A stretch of 64,000 nucleotides of DNA, taken from positions 96,650-160,649 of the forward strand of contig CACZFL010000006.1 in NCBI GenBank assembly GCA_902780525.1. Reading direction: 5' to 3'. Made by a program: the position numbers and the translations under genes. The notes beneath the pieces are model-generated. The model had not been told where the DNA came from. It did no database searches and saw only the letters and a list, made by a program, of their open reading frames with translations. The stretch is from an uncultured bacterium (GTDB lineage Bacteria > Cyanobacteriota > Vampirovibrionia > Gastranaerophilales > Gastranaerophilaceae). Positions 1 to 9,684 of this stretch are shown piece after piece. The number at the start of each line of letters is the position of its first letter. Position 1 is the first letter of the stretch.

Positions 1-53
1 TGTTCGGCTAAACTCATGTCTTTGATATCGCATTTTAATTGTGTCATAGTCAT
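1..53 (-). CDS. 5' end of a CDS leaving the window; N-terminus resembles adenosylhomocysteinase
   Basis: Minus-strand ATG at 53 (alternative 47) with GAAGG a few nt upstream. It reads MTMTQLKCDIKDMSLAE. The DIKDxSLAE stretch resembles the conserved AhcY N-terminus, but only 17 codons are visible. Confidence 0.3.
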   Translation of the reverse strand, partial: MTMTQLKCDIKDMSLAE

Positions 54-64
54 AATTTACCTTC

Positions 65-229
65 TTATTCCTTAAAATTCGCAACACTTACCTTTAATAT
101 TTTATCACTAACAAAAACAACAGCCCATCTTAGCGGATTAATGTTGAGTTTTGTTAACTCTTTTTCTATATATTCGGTCGTTGGCTGACCGTTATTTTTT
201 ATTTCGACTAACTCCGATACTACCTGCAT
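65..229 (-). CDS. possible small ORF (54 aa), hypothetical
   Basis: Below the 60-aa cutoff of the ORF track. Minus-strand ATG at 229 to TAA at 65, MQVVSELVEIKNNGQPTTEYIEKELTKLNINPLRWAVVFVSDKILKVSVANFKE. It fills the gap between two minus-strand genes but has no clear SD. Confidence 0.2.
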   Translation of the reverse strand: MQVVSELVEIKNNGQPTTEYIEKELTKLNINPLRWAVVFVSDKILKVSVANFKE

Positions 230-252
230 ATTTATAAGAATACCACAAACAT

Positions 253-1164
253 TTATTTTTTGTCAGATAAACTGTTAACAATATTTATATCTTTTTCAAA
301 CTCGCGACGAATATAATTTCTGACAGCTTTTGGGGATAAGTAGTGTTCATACAAAGCATTGAGTTCCTTAAAGGGATTTATTTTTCGGTAATTTTTTTCT
401 TTCAATGAGTCAAATACGTTAAACCAAAACAATTTTCGCAGCCCTTTTGTTATATTCCCCTGATATTCTTTGACTCTTTCGGGTGAACATTGATTATAGA
501 CATCTTCAAGGTTATCAACATGTAATCTCCCGACGTATGAAAAATTTTTAAATCTGTTAAATTTAAAAAGTGCTCTGAATTGTTTTGTGTCGTAATCCTC
601 TCCCAGTATATCGTTTATCCGCATTGAAACCAGGTTTGGTGCGTTGCCTAGCATCTCATTTTTTTTCAGAAGTTCTTCAGTTTTGTCAAGTGTTCGTCCG
701 TAGTAGGCATAATCTATTAGGACATATTTTTTATTTTTATTTTTGCTCAAATCACTTTTGCTTAAACCTTTCTGAACCAAAAATGATTTATAGGTGTCAA
801 GACTCTTTTTTGGTATATCATTAACTTCCCGCCTTCTTAAACCTGATAACGGAATTATTTTAGTATCAACTCCCATATACCCGAGTGTTTCTGCTATTGT
901 AGAAACCGAACGTCCGATTGCGATAAGAACATAATTATCTTTTCCGTACAGTTCATCAAGTTCATTTTTTACTTTTTCTGCCGCAAAGCAATTCATTTGT
1001 GCAAGCTCTTTTAATCTGGCAGGAGTTACTTTTCGTATGTACTTACGGGTTGCTCTATCGGTTTGAGCAACACTTTGAATCGTTATTTTACCGATTTTAT
1101 TTAATCTGTTATGACATTCGGATATTAAATTGGTATTTGATATTTTAGAAATTGCTGCGCTCAT
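253..1164 (-). CDS. hypothetical protein with degenerate phosphoribosyltransferase-like motifs
   Basis: 303-aa ORF. DNYVLIAIGRSVSTIAETLGYMG and KKYVLIDYAYYGRTLDKTEELL line up with the two core strands of type I PRTases (compare apt in this window: VDYVAGIESRGFIFGAALAYKLG and GDRVVVIDDLLATGGTAIAACNLI). The acidic PRPP motif is not conserved. Confidence 0.55.
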   Translation of the reverse strand: MSAAISKISNTNLISECHNRLNKIGKITIQSVAQTDRATRKYIRKVTPARLKELAQMNCFAAEKVKNELDELYGKDNYVLIAIGRSVSTIAETLGYMGVDTKIIPLSGLRRREVNDIPKKSLDTYKSFLVQKGLSKSDLSKNKNKKYVLIDYAYYGRTLDKTEELLKKNEMLGNAPNLVSMRINDILGEDYDTKQFRALFKFNRFKNFSYVGRLHVDNLEDVYNQCSPERVKEYQGNITKGLRKLFWFNVFDSLKEKNYRKINPFKELNALYEHYLSPKAVRNYIRREFEKDINIVNSLSDKK

Positions 1165-1204
1165 ATTTTTTCTAAAACGCGAACAGAATATTTTTTGCCA
1201 GTAA

Positions 1205-1801
1205 TCAAGAAAAAGAAAAATCCTGCGGTATTAGATTATGTACTTTTTTGTACATTTCCGTTCCCGGAGTATTGGCTTCCTCCTGCATTATTATATTTTG
1301 GAAGTAATCGAATTCTTCTCTTGAAAACTTAGAGTCCGGAAATTCTTTTTTTATACGTTCGGCGATTTTAACATATTCATCAAAATATGCACGGCTTTTT
1401 GGATTACGAATTTTGTTTGCTAATTGCTTTAGTTTTTCTGTATCTTTTTCATTGTTTAAATGTTTTCTGATGATAAGTTTAAATAAATCAATTTCTCCGC
1501 TGCCAAAAATCCTTGAACATTCGTTTATAAGAGTTTTTGCAATATTCCCGGATATTTTTATTTTTGAGCTGTGCTGATATTTTATATCAGGAAAACTATT
1601 ATTGCTGAATATAAAAATCCTGTTCCTGTTAATATCTACAACCGTTTCTTTATCAACATTAGATTCAAAAGTATCTTCAAAGAGCTGAATATATTTTTCA
1701 ACTCTTGTTTTATTGCCGCAGAATTCTTTATTTACTCTTTTTAGAACGTTTTTCCCGAGTTTTGCACGAAAAGAAATATCATTATTTATAGTTAAATCCA
1801 T
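1205..1801 (-). CDS. hypothetical protein (orphan)
   Basis: The track ORF extends to a TTG at 1810. The first ATG is at 1801 and gives MDLTINNDISFRAKLGK. No recognisable domain. It lies 40 nt downstream of glmS on the same strand. Confidence 0.6.
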   Translation of the reverse strand: MDLTINNDISFRAKLGKNVLKRVNKEFCGNKTRVEKYIQLFEDTFESNVDKETVVDINRNRIFIFSNNSFPDIKYQHSSKIKISGNIAKTLINECSRIFGSGEIDLFKLIIRKHLNNEKDTEKLKQLANKIRNPKSRAYFDEYVKIAERIKKEFPDSKFSREEFDYFQNIIMQEEANTPGTEMYKKVHNLIPQDFSFS

Positions 1802-1841
1802 AATGAACAAAAACTTGTAAATAATATTTTTGCTATGAACC

Positions 1842-3686
1842 CTATTCTACAGTTACAGATTTTGCCAAGTTTCTCGGCTGGTCAACGTCTTTTCCTAAGA
1901 ACTCTGCTATATAGTATGCAAGTAGTTGCAGAGGAACAATCGAGAGTGCCGGAGAAAGAAGTTCAGATATCTCAGGAACTCTTATTACATCCTCAAACAG
2001 TTCATCAAGCTTGTGATCATCTGAATCAGTTAACGCTATCATTCTTGCATTACGGGCTTTTGCTTCTTCGGCGTTAGATAAAATCTTTTCGTAAACTTTG
2101 CCTTTCATCAAGATTGCAAGAACAGGCATGGAATCGTCTAACATAGCGATAGGACCGTGTTTAAGTTCGCCTGCAGAATATCCGGTTGCATTAATATAAC
2201 TTATTTCTTTAAGTTTTAAAGCTCCTTCTAATGCAGTTGGGAAGTTTATACCACGTGCAACAAAAATGAAGTCTTTAAAAGAAGAGAATTTTCTTGCAAT
2301 TTTCTGTATATCATCTTTACTATTTAAAACTTTATCAATTTTCTGAGGAAGAAGAATAAGTTCGTGTTTTAAATCTAAGATTTCTTCTTTTGAAATAGAA
2401 CCTTTAACTTCTGCCATATAAATTGCAAGCAGGTAGAAAGATATTAGTTGCGCCATATATGATTTAGTAGCGGCAACGGATACTTCAATACCTGCGTTAA
2501 CAGGAACAAGGCTGTCAGCTTCACGAGCCATAGTTGAATCAGGTCTGTTCGTTACGATAAGAATATGTGAACCTTTTTTCTTGGCAAGTCTTATTGCTGT
2601 AATTGTATCAGCAGTTTCACCTGACTGAGAAACACCAATTACAAGAGTGTTTTTATCCGTAATTGTTTTTCTGTAAATATATTCGCTTGATGCTTCAACT
2701 TCAACGGGAATTCCGCAGAAATCTTCAATAATATATTTGCCTACCATTGCTGCGTGTAGAGAAGTTCCGCAGGCAACAATCTGTATTCTGTTTAAATCTT
2801 TTAATGTCGCTTTATCCAAAGTAACTTCGTCTAAAGAAATCGGCTCATCAATAGTTTTAAGTTTTCCTGAGAGAACGTTTCTTACAATATCAGGTTGTTC
2901 GTGAATTTCTTTAAGCATGAAGTGTTTGTAACCCATTTTGCTTAAAGCAACAGGTTCCCAGGGGAGTGTTTCTATCTTCAGTGGGATTTCATTTTTTTCA
3001 ACATCAATAACCTTGGCGCTTGTTGGTGTCAGAGTAACAATTTGGTTATCATCAAGATACATTGCTTTTTTAGTATATTGGATTAATGCCGGAATATCAG
3101 AAGCAACAAAGTTTTCACCTTCTCCAAAACCGATAACGAGCGGCGCATTTCTTCTTGTTGCAACGATGGTATCTTTAACATCCTGATGTATAACAGCAAG
3201 AGCATAAGCTCCTTCAATTTCTAATGTTGCAAGTCTTACAGCTTCTGTTAAGTCATGCGTTTGGGCATATTTTGATGCAACAAGGTGTGCAACGGTTTCA
3301 GTATCTGTCTGCGAACGGAATGTGCAGCCCTGAGCTTCAAGTTTTACTCTGAGTTCTTTATAGTTTTCTATAATACCGTTATGAACTATAGCAACGCGAC
3401 CGCAATTACAAGTGTGCGGGTGAGCGTTAGCAACAGATGGAACACCATGGGTTGCCCAACGGATATGTCCGATACCGATTGTGGATTTGGATATTTCAGA
3501 ATAATTTTTTTCAACAATATTTCTTAAGTTTTGAAGCTTGCCCTGAGCTTTAAATAACTGAACTTTTCCGTCAATATTCAAAGCAACACCTGATGAGTCA
3601 TACCCTCTGTATTCCAAGCTGGTTAAACCTTCCAGTAAAATATCAACAGCTGTTTTATTCCCAATATATCCAACGATTCCGCACAT
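1842..3686 (-). CDS. glmS: glutamine--fructose-6-phosphate aminotransferase (isomerizing)
   Basis: 614 aa. N-terminal MCGIVGY catalytic Cys2, two SIS domains, and the characteristic C-terminus LAKSVTVE. Confidence 0.97.
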   Translation of the reverse strand: MCGIVGYIGNKTAVDILLEGLTSLEYRGYDSSGVALNIDGKVQLFKAQGKLQNLRNIVEKNYSEISKSTIGIGHIRWATHGVPSVANAHPHTCNCGRVAIVHNGIIENYKELRVKLEAQGCTFRSQTDTETVAHLVASKYAQTHDLTEAVRLATLEIEGAYALAVIHQDVKDTIVATRRNAPLVIGFGEGENFVASDIPALIQYTKKAMYLDDNQIVTLTPTSAKVIDVEKNEIPLKIETLPWEPVALSKMGYKHFMLKEIHEQPDIVRNVLSGKLKTIDEPISLDEVTLDKATLKDLNRIQIVACGTSLHAAMVGKYIIEDFCGIPVEVEASSEYIYRKTITDKNTLVIGVSQSGETADTITAIRLAKKKGSHILIVTNRPDSTMAREADSLVPVNAGIEVSVAATKSYMAQLISFYLLAIYMAEVKGSISKEEILDLKHELILLPQKIDKVLNSKDDIQKIARKFSSFKDFIFVARGINFPTALEGALKLKEISYINATGYSAGELKHGPIAMLDDSMPVLAILMKGKVYEKILSNAEEAKARNARMIALTDSDDHKLDELFEDVIRVPEISELLSPALSIVPLQLLAYYIAEFLGKDVDQPRNLAKSVTVE

Positions 3687-3833
3687 AAATCTCTCCTACT
3701 CTAACTAGACTATTTTAACATAAATATTTGTATTTCAAATTAAGAATATATAAACATTTGTAAAATTTTTTATAAATTCAGTCAAAGATTAAGAAAAATA
3801 AATCTTTATATAAACAGGAAGGTATGTGTGTAA

Positions 3834-4247
3834 ATGATAAATGCCATTAATAATATAATGAGTTCGGCTCCATACGGATATACTAATTTTCGTTCAAACA
3901 ATGAATCGCTCAAAAGACTGGATTTTCAACCAAGATTGCGCCCCCAGCCTGTTATTGATTTTTTTGAAAAAAGCGGAATAAACGGTTCAGGAAATATAGC
4001 TTCAAAAACCGAAAAGCTTTTTCCTTATGCAGAAATAAAAAAATATGCACCGAGCAAACGTGAAACTGAGCGGAATAAAGTTATAGAAAAGGAAAAAGAA
4101 CATATAGCAAAAACAGTAACCAAACGAACAGAAGAAAGCAAAAGAAAATTGCGAGCAGCAGGAGTAAACGAACGTGAATTATATAAATATATAACCATTG
4201 ACGGTCATATTAACAGCGAGGGGCAGCGTATTATAAGGGGCAATTAA
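3834..4247 (+). CDS. hypothetical basic protein (orphan)
   Basis: 137-aa ORF with AGGAAGG SD-like sequence about 10 nt upstream. Lys/Arg/Glu-rich C-terminal half. No recognisable domain. Confidence 0.6.
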   Translation: MINAINNIMSSAPYGYTNFRSNNESLKRLDFQPRLRPQPVIDFFEKSGINGSGNIASKTEKLFPYAEIKKYAPSKRETERNKVIEKEKEHIAKTVTKRTEESKRKLRAAGVNERELYKYITIDGHINSEGQRIIRGN

Positions 4248-4310
4248 TGTAAATATAAATTGCAACTTCTAATATTGAGGATATAATAATAGAGTGAGGA
4301 AATTAAGAGT

Positions 4311-5303
4311 ATGATAGAATTTTTGTCTGAGCCGAGCTGGATAAATCCGCAAATAGATTTTTTGCTTTTTTTACAGAACCTAAGAATAGGACATTTTGAA
4401 TGTTTTGATAAGTTCTTTTTATCGGTAACAATTTTTGGTGAGTATTGGCTTCCGACATTAATTTGTGCGATTGTATATTGGTGTATAGATTTTAAAGCAG
4501 GAATGTATCTATTTTCGCTTGAAGGGATAAATGTTTTAATCTCTCATTTACTAAAAATGATAGCTTGTGTTTATCGTCCGTGGGTATTGAGTGACAAAAT
4601 CCATCCTTCTGAACTTGCAGTTCCTTTTGCAAAAGGATATTCATGTCCGAGCGGTCACTCGGCTATGAGTTCTTCGGTATTAGGCGGTGTTGCATATCTT
4701 CAAAGGAAAAAAGTTCCGGTTTGCCTGCTTTTTATCTGTCTTTTTTTACTGGTCGGTTTTTCCAGAATGTGGCTCGGTGTTCATACTCCTCAGGATGTTT
4801 TATCCGGATTTGCAATAGGATTAATCCTTATTTTTTCTGTTAACGGAATAATAAACTGGGCTGAGAAAAACATTAACAGGTATTTATATCTTGCAGTGAT
4901 TATCGATATCCTTTCCGTCTTAGCACTTGTATATGTTACTTATTTTAACTCTTACAGAATGGATTATGTGGATGGTCAGCTTCTTGTTGATCCGAAAAAG
5001 TCAATTTATCTGACTTTTGCAGTGTTTTCTTATGTACTTGGTTTAATAAACGGATGCTTTTTATGCAGAAGATTTTTTCCGTTTGATCCGAAGCAATCTT
5101 CTGTAAAATCCCGTATTGTGAGAGGGGTTATCGGCTGCATAGTAACTGTTATAATGTTAAAGTATATAGTCAACCACGTTATATTAGTGGGTGTAGATTT
5201 ATCAATAGCAGTCGCTTCGATGCTTTTTGCTGGCCTCTTGGTAACTCTGATTTATCCGATTATTTTTACAAAAATAGAAAAAATTATAGCAACCAAATCG
5301 TGA
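4311..5303 (+). CDS. PAP2-family membrane phosphatase
   Basis: The three PAP2 motifs are present: KMIACVYRP (Kx6RP), PSGH, and SRMWLGVHTPQD (SRx5Hx3D). Multiple hydrophobic helices. Confidence 0.85.
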   Translation: MIEFLSEPSWINPQIDFLLFLQNLRIGHFECFDKFFLSVTIFGEYWLPTLICAIVYWCIDFKAGMYLFSLEGINVLISHLLKMIACVYRPWVLSDKIHPSELAVPFAKGYSCPSGHSAMSSSVLGGVAYLQRKKVPVCLLFICLFLLVGFSRMWLGVHTPQDVLSGFAIGLILIFSVNGIINWAEKNINRYLYLAVIIDILSVLALVYVTYFNSYRMDYVDGQLLVDPKKSIYLTFAVFSYVLGLINGCFLCRRFFPFDPKQSSVKSRIVRGVIGCIVTVIMLKYIVNHVILVGVDLSIAVASMLFAGLLVTLIYPIIFTKIEKIIATKS

Positions 5304-5423
5304 CGCTCTGTCACTATTTATAGGCTTTTTCTCATATATAAGGTGGGTTGTCACGATTTTTTCTCCATGATATATTATTAATGTGTCTTAATATATTATA
5401 TTCTGGAATGTAGGAGAAAATAA

Positions 5424-5924
5424 ATGACTGAAACAACAAAAGAGAGTATTGATTTCAAGGTCATTGATGACATCTTGAAATCTTTTGAGTACAAAAAATC
5501 GTACTTAATCGCTATGTTGCAAAAGGTTCAGGAAGTTTTTCGTTACCTCCCCGAAGACGCTATGACTTATATAGGGGAACATGTTGAAGGACTTTCACCT
5601 GCAACCGTTTACGGTGTTGCAACATTCTATGCACAATTTTCATTAGAGCCTAAGGGTAAATATGAAATCAGAGTTTGTGACGGTACAGCTTGCCACGTTC
5701 GTGGTTCAATGCCTGTATTAAACGCTATCAGAAACAAACTTAAACTCAAAGAAGGACAGACTACTTGTGATAACGGTTTATTCTCGCTTGAGATAGTAAG
5801 CTGCTTAGGTGCATGCGGTCTTGCCCCTGTTTGCGTAATTAACGATAAAGTTTACCCGCAAATGACCTCTGATGCTATAAGCACAATTCTTGATACACTT
5901 ATGAAAGAGGAGGGCATTGCATAA
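5424..5924 (+). CDS. hydC: [FeFe] hydrogenase NuoE-like 2Fe-2S subunit
   Basis: 166 aa. Thioredoxin-like [2Fe-2S] pattern C..GTAC....C..LGACGLAP typical of NuoE/HndA. Its stop overlaps the start of the next gene. Confidence 0.9.
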   Translation: MTETTKESIDFKVIDDILKSFEYKKSYLIAMLQKVQEVFRYLPEDAMTYIGEHVEGLSPATVYGVATFYAQFSLEPKGKYEIRVCDGTACHVRGSMPVLNAIRNKLKLKEGQTTCDNGLFSLEIVSCLGACGLAPVCVINDKVYPQMTSDAISTILDTLMKEEGIA

Positions 5925-7777
5925 TGACTTTAAATATAGATATTATCGAAGAACAAAAGAAAGCCCAGGAACATATTAAAGAACAAGGACTTCGTGTTCT
6001 GGTTTGTGCAGGTACTGGCTGCGTAGCAAACGGCTCTCTTAAAGTTATTGAAAAATTCAGAGAGTTAGGCGCAAATGTTTCCACTCTTACTGATTATGAC
6101 AAAATGACCATTGTTCCGACCGGTTGCCACGGCTTCTGTGAACAGGGCGTTTTGGTTATTATTCCTGACAAGCACGTTACTTATGTAAAAGTACACGTTG
6201 AAGATGTAGAAGAAATTTTTGAAAGCCATATTAAAGGCGGTCAGCCTGTTGAAAGACTTTTATACAAAGACCCTAAAACAGGTGAAGCAGTTCACAGAAA
6301 CGACGATATTAACTTCTATGCTAAACAAACACGTACGGCTCTTAAAAACTGCGGTAAGATTAACGCTGAGTCAATCGATGAAGCTATCGCAGTAAGAGGA
6401 TACGAAGCTTTAGCTAAAGTTATTACAGAAAATAATCCTGACGCTGTTATTGATACAATTACAAAATCAGGCTTAAGAGGAAGAGGAGGCGGAGGCTTCC
6501 CAACCGGTATGAAATGGAAATTCACAGCTGCAAACAGAGGCGGAAAGTCTTACGTTGTTTGTAACGGTGATGAAGGTGACCCGGGTGCATTTATGGACCG
6601 TTCCGTTATGGAAGGAGACCCTCATAAACTGTTAGAAGGTATGGCAATTGCAGGTTTTGCAATCGGTGCAGACGAAGCTTATATTTATGTTCGTGCTGAA
6701 TATCCGCTTGCAATTAAACGTTTAAGAAAAGCTATTGCTGATGCTGAAGAAAGACACTACTTAGGTCAAAACATCTTAGGCAGTGACTTCTCATTCACAA
6801 TCCATATTAAAGAAGGTGCAGGTGCATTTGTTTGCGGTGAAGAAACAGCTCTTATCGCATCAATCGAAGGTGAAAGAGGTATGCCTCGTCCGAAACCGCC
6901 CTTCCCTGCTAACAAAGGTTTGTTTGGAAGACCTACTTTGATTAATAACGTAGAAACTCTTGCTAACGTACCTTTGATTATCTTAAACGGTGCTGAATGG
7001 TTCTCATCTATGGGTTGTGAAACATCTAAAGGTACAAAAACATTCGCTCTTACAGGTGAAGTAAATAACACTGGTCTTATCGAAGTTCCGATGGGTACAA
7101 CTTTACGACAAATCATTTTTGATATCGGCGGCGGTATCAGAGGCGGTAAGAAGTTCAAAGCCGTACAAATCGGCGGACCTTCTGGCGGCTGTTTAACAGA
7201 AGAACACCTTGATATCTCAATGGATTATGATTCTTTAATCAAAGCAGGTGCAATGGTTGGTTCAGGCGGTCTTGTTGTTATGGCGGAAGACACTTGTATG
7301 GTTGAAGTTGCAAGATTCTTCATGAACTTCACTAAGAACGAATCCTGCGGTAAGTGTGTTCCGTGCCGTGAAGGTACAAAGAACTTACTTAAAATCTTAG
7401 AAAAGATTGTTGCAGGCAAAGGTGAAATGGAAGACCTCGACAGACTGGAGCAGTTAGCTTTGACAGTTAAAGACGGTTCTCTCTGCGGTCTTGGTAAAAC
7501 CGCTCCAAACCCTGTTCTATCAACTTTAAAATACTTTAAAGATGAATATATTGCTCACATTCGCGACCACAAATGTCCGGCCGGCGTTTGTACCGCAATG
7601 AAGAAAATATCTATTGACCCTGAAAAATGTAAAGGTTGTACTAAGTGTGCAAGAACTTGTCCTGTTGGTGCAATTGAAGGAACGGTTAAAAATCCGCACA
7701 AGATTGACCAGTCTAAATGTATTAAGTGCGAAGCTTGTCTGAATGCTTGTCCGTTCAAGGCAATAGGTAAGGAATAG
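5924..7777 (+). CDS. hydB: [FeFe] hydrogenase NuoF-like flavoprotein subunit (FMN/NADH-binding, Fe-S)
   Basis: 617 aa. GRGGGGFPTGMKW FMN/NADH motif, ESCGKCVPCREG 4Fe-4S motif, and a C-terminal 2x[4Fe-4S] ferredoxin domain (CKGCTKCARTCP, CIKCEACLNACP). Confidence 0.93.
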   Translation: MTLNIDIIEEQKKAQEHIKEQGLRVLVCAGTGCVANGSLKVIEKFRELGANVSTLTDYDKMTIVPTGCHGFCEQGVLVIIPDKHVTYVKVHVEDVEEIFESHIKGGQPVERLLYKDPKTGEAVHRNDDINFYAKQTRTALKNCGKINAESIDEAIAVRGYEALAKVITENNPDAVIDTITKSGLRGRGGGGFPTGMKWKFTAANRGGKSYVVCNGDEGDPGAFMDRSVMEGDPHKLLEGMAIAGFAIGADEAYIYVRAEYPLAIKRLRKAIADAEERHYLGQNILGSDFSFTIHIKEGAGAFVCGEETALIASIEGERGMPRPKPPFPANKGLFGRPTLINNVETLANVPLIILNGAEWFSSMGCETSKGTKTFALTGEVNNTGLIEVPMGTTLRQIIFDIGGGIRGGKKFKAVQIGGPSGGCLTEEHLDISMDYDSLIKAGAMVGSGGLVVMAEDTCMVEVARFFMNFTKNESCGKCVPCREGTKNLLKILEKIVAGKGEMEDLDRLEQLALTVKDGSLCGLGKTAPNPVLSTLKYFKDEYIAHIRDHKCPAGVCTAMKKISIDPEKCKGCTKCARTCPVGAIEGTVKNPHKIDQSKCIKCEACLNACPFKAIGKE

Positions 7778-7789
7778 GGGGAAATAGAA

Positions 7790-9568
7790 ATGACAGACGA
7801 AAAGAAAACATTATTTATAGAAGGAAAAGAAGTCGAATTTTCTAATGAACCTAACCTTTTAGAAGTAATTAGAAAAGCAGGCATGAATGTTCCTACATTA
7901 TGTTACAGACCTGACTTAACATCATTTGGTGCTTGCAGAATGTGTGTTGTAGAAGTTGAGTATCCTAACGGAAGAAAAATGATTAACTCTTCTTGTACAA
8001 TGCCTCCTGAAGCAAACATCAAAGTTCATTTGAACACACAAAAAGTCAGAAATATCAGAAAAATGGTACTTGAACTTCTTCTTGCAAATCATGACAGAGA
8101 ATGTACAACTTGTGAAAAATCAGGTGCATGCGAACTTCAAAAATACGCTGAAGAGTACGGTATCAGACATGTAAAACAATACGCTCAGCGTGAAGTTATG
8201 GTTAAAAAAGATGCAAGCTCATGTGCATTAATCCGTGATAATAACAAATGTATCCTTTGCGGAGCTTGTGTAAGAGCTTGTGACGAACACCAAGGCTTAC
8301 AGGTTTTAGGTTTCGCTAACCGCGGAAGCAAAACGGTTGTTGAACCTATGGCAGGCAGAGACCTCGGAAGCAGTGAATGTATTAATTGCGGTCAGTGTGC
8401 GGCAGTATGTCCGACAGGCGCAATTACAATAAACGACGAGCAGCTCGATGGTGTTTGGAGAGCAATCAACAATCCTGAAAAGAAAGTTGTTGCTCAGTTT
8501 GCACCTTCTGTTCGTGTTGCAATAGGTGAAATGTTCGGTTTAGAACCAGGTGAAAACTCAACTAAGAAAATTAATGCGGCATTACGAAGAATCGGTTTTG
8601 ACCTTGTATTTGATACAAACTTCTCCGCAGACTTAACAATTATGGAAGAAGCTCACGAGTTCTTAGGCAGACTTCAAAACGGGGGTAAATTACCGTTATT
8701 TACTTCATGTTGTCCTGGTTGGGTAAGATTCTTGGAAATCCAGCACCCTGATATGCTTGGCCACTTATCAACTTGTAAATCACCTCAAGGTATGTTGGGT
8801 GCAATAATCAGAGAATACGTTCCGCAGTCTCACGAAGGATTTACTTCGGAAAACTTGGTAAGCGTTTCAATTATGCCTTGTACGGCTAAGAAGTACGAAG
8901 CAAAACGTGAACAGTTCAAAATGGCAGACGGCAGACAAGAAATTGACTACGTTCTTACAACTCAGGAACTTGGCAGAATGATTAAAGAAGCAGGTATTGA
9001 CTTTGCTGCTCTCGAAGGTGAAGAACCTGATTCTCCGTTTGGTAAATACACAGGTGCCGGTACAATCTTCGGTGTATCAGGCGGTGTTGCTGAAGCTGCT
9101 GCAAGAACTGCCTACGAAGTTGTAACAGGTGAAACTCTTCAAAATGTCGTTATTGACGATATGAGAGGAACAAAACGTGTTAAAACAGTCGAACTTGATC
9201 TTAAAGGAACTAAGATTAAAGTTAAAATCGTTAACACACTTCGTGAAGCAGAAAAATGCATCAGAGAAATCAAAGAAGGCAAAGCGGATTATCAGCTTCT
9301 TGAAGTTATGGCTTGTCCGGGCGGTTGTATCAACGGCGGCGGTCAGCCACAAAGCTGCAACGATTCTAATATCAAGGAACTTCGTGCTCAAGGCTTGTAC
9401 AAAGATGATGAAACAGGTGAATGGAGAAAATCACACGAAAACCCTGAAATCAAAGAATTGTACGCAACTCGCTTAGAAAAACCAAACTCTCATAAGGCAC
9501 ACGAACTCTTGCATACTACTTATGTGAACAAGAGAACAAACTGCTACATCTCAGTTGGTGAGGGGTAA
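7790..9568 (+). CDS. hydA: [FeFe] hydrogenase catalytic subunit
   Basis: 592 aa. N-terminal 2Fe-2S and 4Fe-4S domains. H-cluster signatures TSCCPGW, MPCTAKKYE and EVMACPGGCINGGGQP. Confidence 0.95.
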   Translation: MTDEKKTLFIEGKEVEFSNEPNLLEVIRKAGMNVPTLCYRPDLTSFGACRMCVVEVEYPNGRKMINSSCTMPPEANIKVHLNTQKVRNIRKMVLELLLANHDRECTTCEKSGACELQKYAEEYGIRHVKQYAQREVMVKKDASSCALIRDNNKCILCGACVRACDEHQGLQVLGFANRGSKTVVEPMAGRDLGSSECINCGQCAAVCPTGAITINDEQLDGVWRAINNPEKKVVAQFAPSVRVAIGEMFGLEPGENSTKKINAALRRIGFDLVFDTNFSADLTIMEEAHEFLGRLQNGGKLPLFTSCCPGWVRFLEIQHPDMLGHLSTCKSPQGMLGAIIREYVPQSHEGFTSENLVSVSIMPCTAKKYEAKREQFKMADGRQEIDYVLTTQELGRMIKEAGIDFAALEGEEPDSPFGKYTGAGTIFGVSGGVAEAAARTAYEVVTGETLQNVVIDDMRGTKRVKTVELDLKGTKIKVKIVNTLREAEKCIREIKEGKADYQLLEVMACPGGCINGGGQPQSCNDSNIKELRAQGLYKDDETGEWRKSHENPEIKELYATRLEKPNSHKAHELLHTTYVNKRTNCYISVGEG

Positions 9569-9630
9569 AGGGGTAAATATATCCCCAATTCCATTTTATA
9601 AGAATATAAGAGGTTTGGCGTGAAGATATT

Positions 9631-9663
9631 AAAAAAGCGGTCTGTCAAAACAGACCGCTTTTT
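9631..9663. terminator. bidirectional intrinsic terminator between hydA and infB
   Basis: A6 run, GCGGTCTG, 6-nt loop, CAGACCGC, T5 run. Perfect 8-bp GC-rich stem flanked by A and T runs. Confidence 0.8.
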
Positions 9664-9684
9664 ATATTAATTAATAATGTTACT

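Noticed and set aside
3687-3833. Possible glmS ribozyme upstream of glmS.
   Set aside because: The spacer is about 145 nt and very AT-rich. It shows none of the GC-rich pseudoknotted core expected for the ribozyme, and part of it must serve the divergent 3834 gene promoter.
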